NCBI GenBank assembly: GCA_964016885.1
Contig: OZ024759.1
Location: 36,828,001 to 36,892,000, forward strand
DNA: 64,000 nt
Source of the DNA: Eledone cirrhosa
Taxonomy: Eukaryota
Direction of reading: 5' to 3'
A model generated the notes under the pieces. The model had not been told where the DNA came from, made no database searches, and was given only the letters and a program-made list of their open reading frames with translations. Made by a program: the position numbers and the translations under genes. Shown piece after piece: positions 62,740 through 64,000 of the stretch (position 1 is the stretch's first letter; every line of letters begins with the position of its first letter).

Positions 62740-63292
62740 GTGATGGTGATGCACGAAGCGCACAGATGAATATAGGTTGCCTGGGTTGGTAAATATATAT
62801 AATCCGACCAAATCACATACTCCGTTCCATCAAACGAGCCCATGCTCACGTCAAAGGGGCCACTTGGGTCGGTCTTTTTTAAATATTCAATGTCCTCGCT
62901 AAAGAGCAGTGGACTTCTGGCATGCTTGATAACCATGCGGTATTCGATGTCTATAGGAAAGATGGTGCTAGCGAAGTCTTGTGTTCAATCTGATTGATCT
63001 TTAGAAATCGAAGAGTAGGCGTCTATATATCCCACTGTATAAATCTGGCTTGTTTCATGTGGTTAATGTTATTGAACCATTTAATTACACCGTCACTGTT
63101 CGTCCATTGTGCTAAGTTAGTGGCCTTCCTAACATTAGTATTGATATGTTTTAGTATGTGTTTGCTAATCATACCCATTTCAGTTTTAGCTGAGTTTATT
63201 AAGCAACATTTAGGGCTGGAGGTGAAGTTGTTTTTATGGTCCTTAAGGGTAATAAAAGCAATTCGTTTACGCGGTGTCTCTATTCTATCATA
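62740..63292 (-). pseudogene. Penelope-like element reverse transcriptase remnant
   Basis: AFITLKDHKNNFTSSPKCCLINSAKTEMGMISKHIL..QWTNSDGVIKWF..FIQWDI* and FDVSMGSFDG; stops and frameshifts; abuts (TA)n(GA)n. Confidence 0.8.
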
Positions 63293-63294
63293 TC

Positions 63295-63362
<68 letters not shown>

Positions 63363-63661
63363 GCTTATTCAATAATTTCATTTATTAATTAATATATACA
63401 GTCTTGATAAGTTAAGACACCTGTTAAGGAAATCTTAAAAAGAAACAACAACAATAACAGCAGCAGCAACAGCAATAAAACAACAGCAGCAACAATAACA
63501 ACAGGAATAACAAAAACACCAGCAGCAGCAATAACAACAACAGTAGCGGAAGTTAGGAGCACACCCATCGACACACCACATACCCCCCACACCCGCACCT
63601 AAGATAAAAGTCTTTGATTATGAAATATGGACGGAAGAGTGTAGTCCTTACTAACATCCTT

Positions 63662-63663
63662 TA

Positions 63664-63701
<38 letters not shown>

Positions 63702-64000
63702 GTTACTACTACTGCTACTACCACTACTGCTACTACTATTACTACTACCACTACTACTACTATTACTACTACCACTACTACTACTGCTACTACAGCTACT
63801 ACTAATACTACTGTTGCTACTACTGTTGCTACTACTACTACTACTGCTACTACTATTACTACTACTACCACTACTACTGCTACTACTACTACTACCACTA
63901 CTGCTACTACTGCTACTACTATTACTGCTACTACTACTGCTACTACTACTACTACCACTACTGTTACTACTACTACTATTATTATTACTACTGCTACTAC
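63662..64000. repeat. (CTA)n tract
   Basis: Seen directly. Confidence 0.95.

Overview
Eukaryotic, very AT-rich, repeat-saturated non-coding DNA. It is most likely octopus or another cephalopod, inferred from my recollection of the SINE families and from the microsatellite load. I could not support any intact host gene, and almost all track ORFs are (TA)n/(CA)n/(GGT)n artefacts. Recognisable content: many tRNA-derived SINEs; decayed non-LTR retrotransposons (R4/Dong-like, RTE/RTEX-like, CRE-like); a Penelope-like (PLE) RT remnant; DNA-transposon remnants; a TTAA-flanked MITE; 58-bp and 40-bp minisatellites. The main hidden signal is the set of 100-450 bp islands inside the (TA)n tracts. They form at least six families of small non-coding fold-back elements carrying type I hammerhead ribozyme (HHR) motifs: about 9 with canonical CTGA(T/C)GA+GAAA cores, plus variant or degenerate ones. 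They share a GAGTRC motif about 45-90 nt before their 3' TA junction. There is also an old ~460-bp fold-back with two convergent tRNA-like Pol III heads. All folding and alignment was done by eye.
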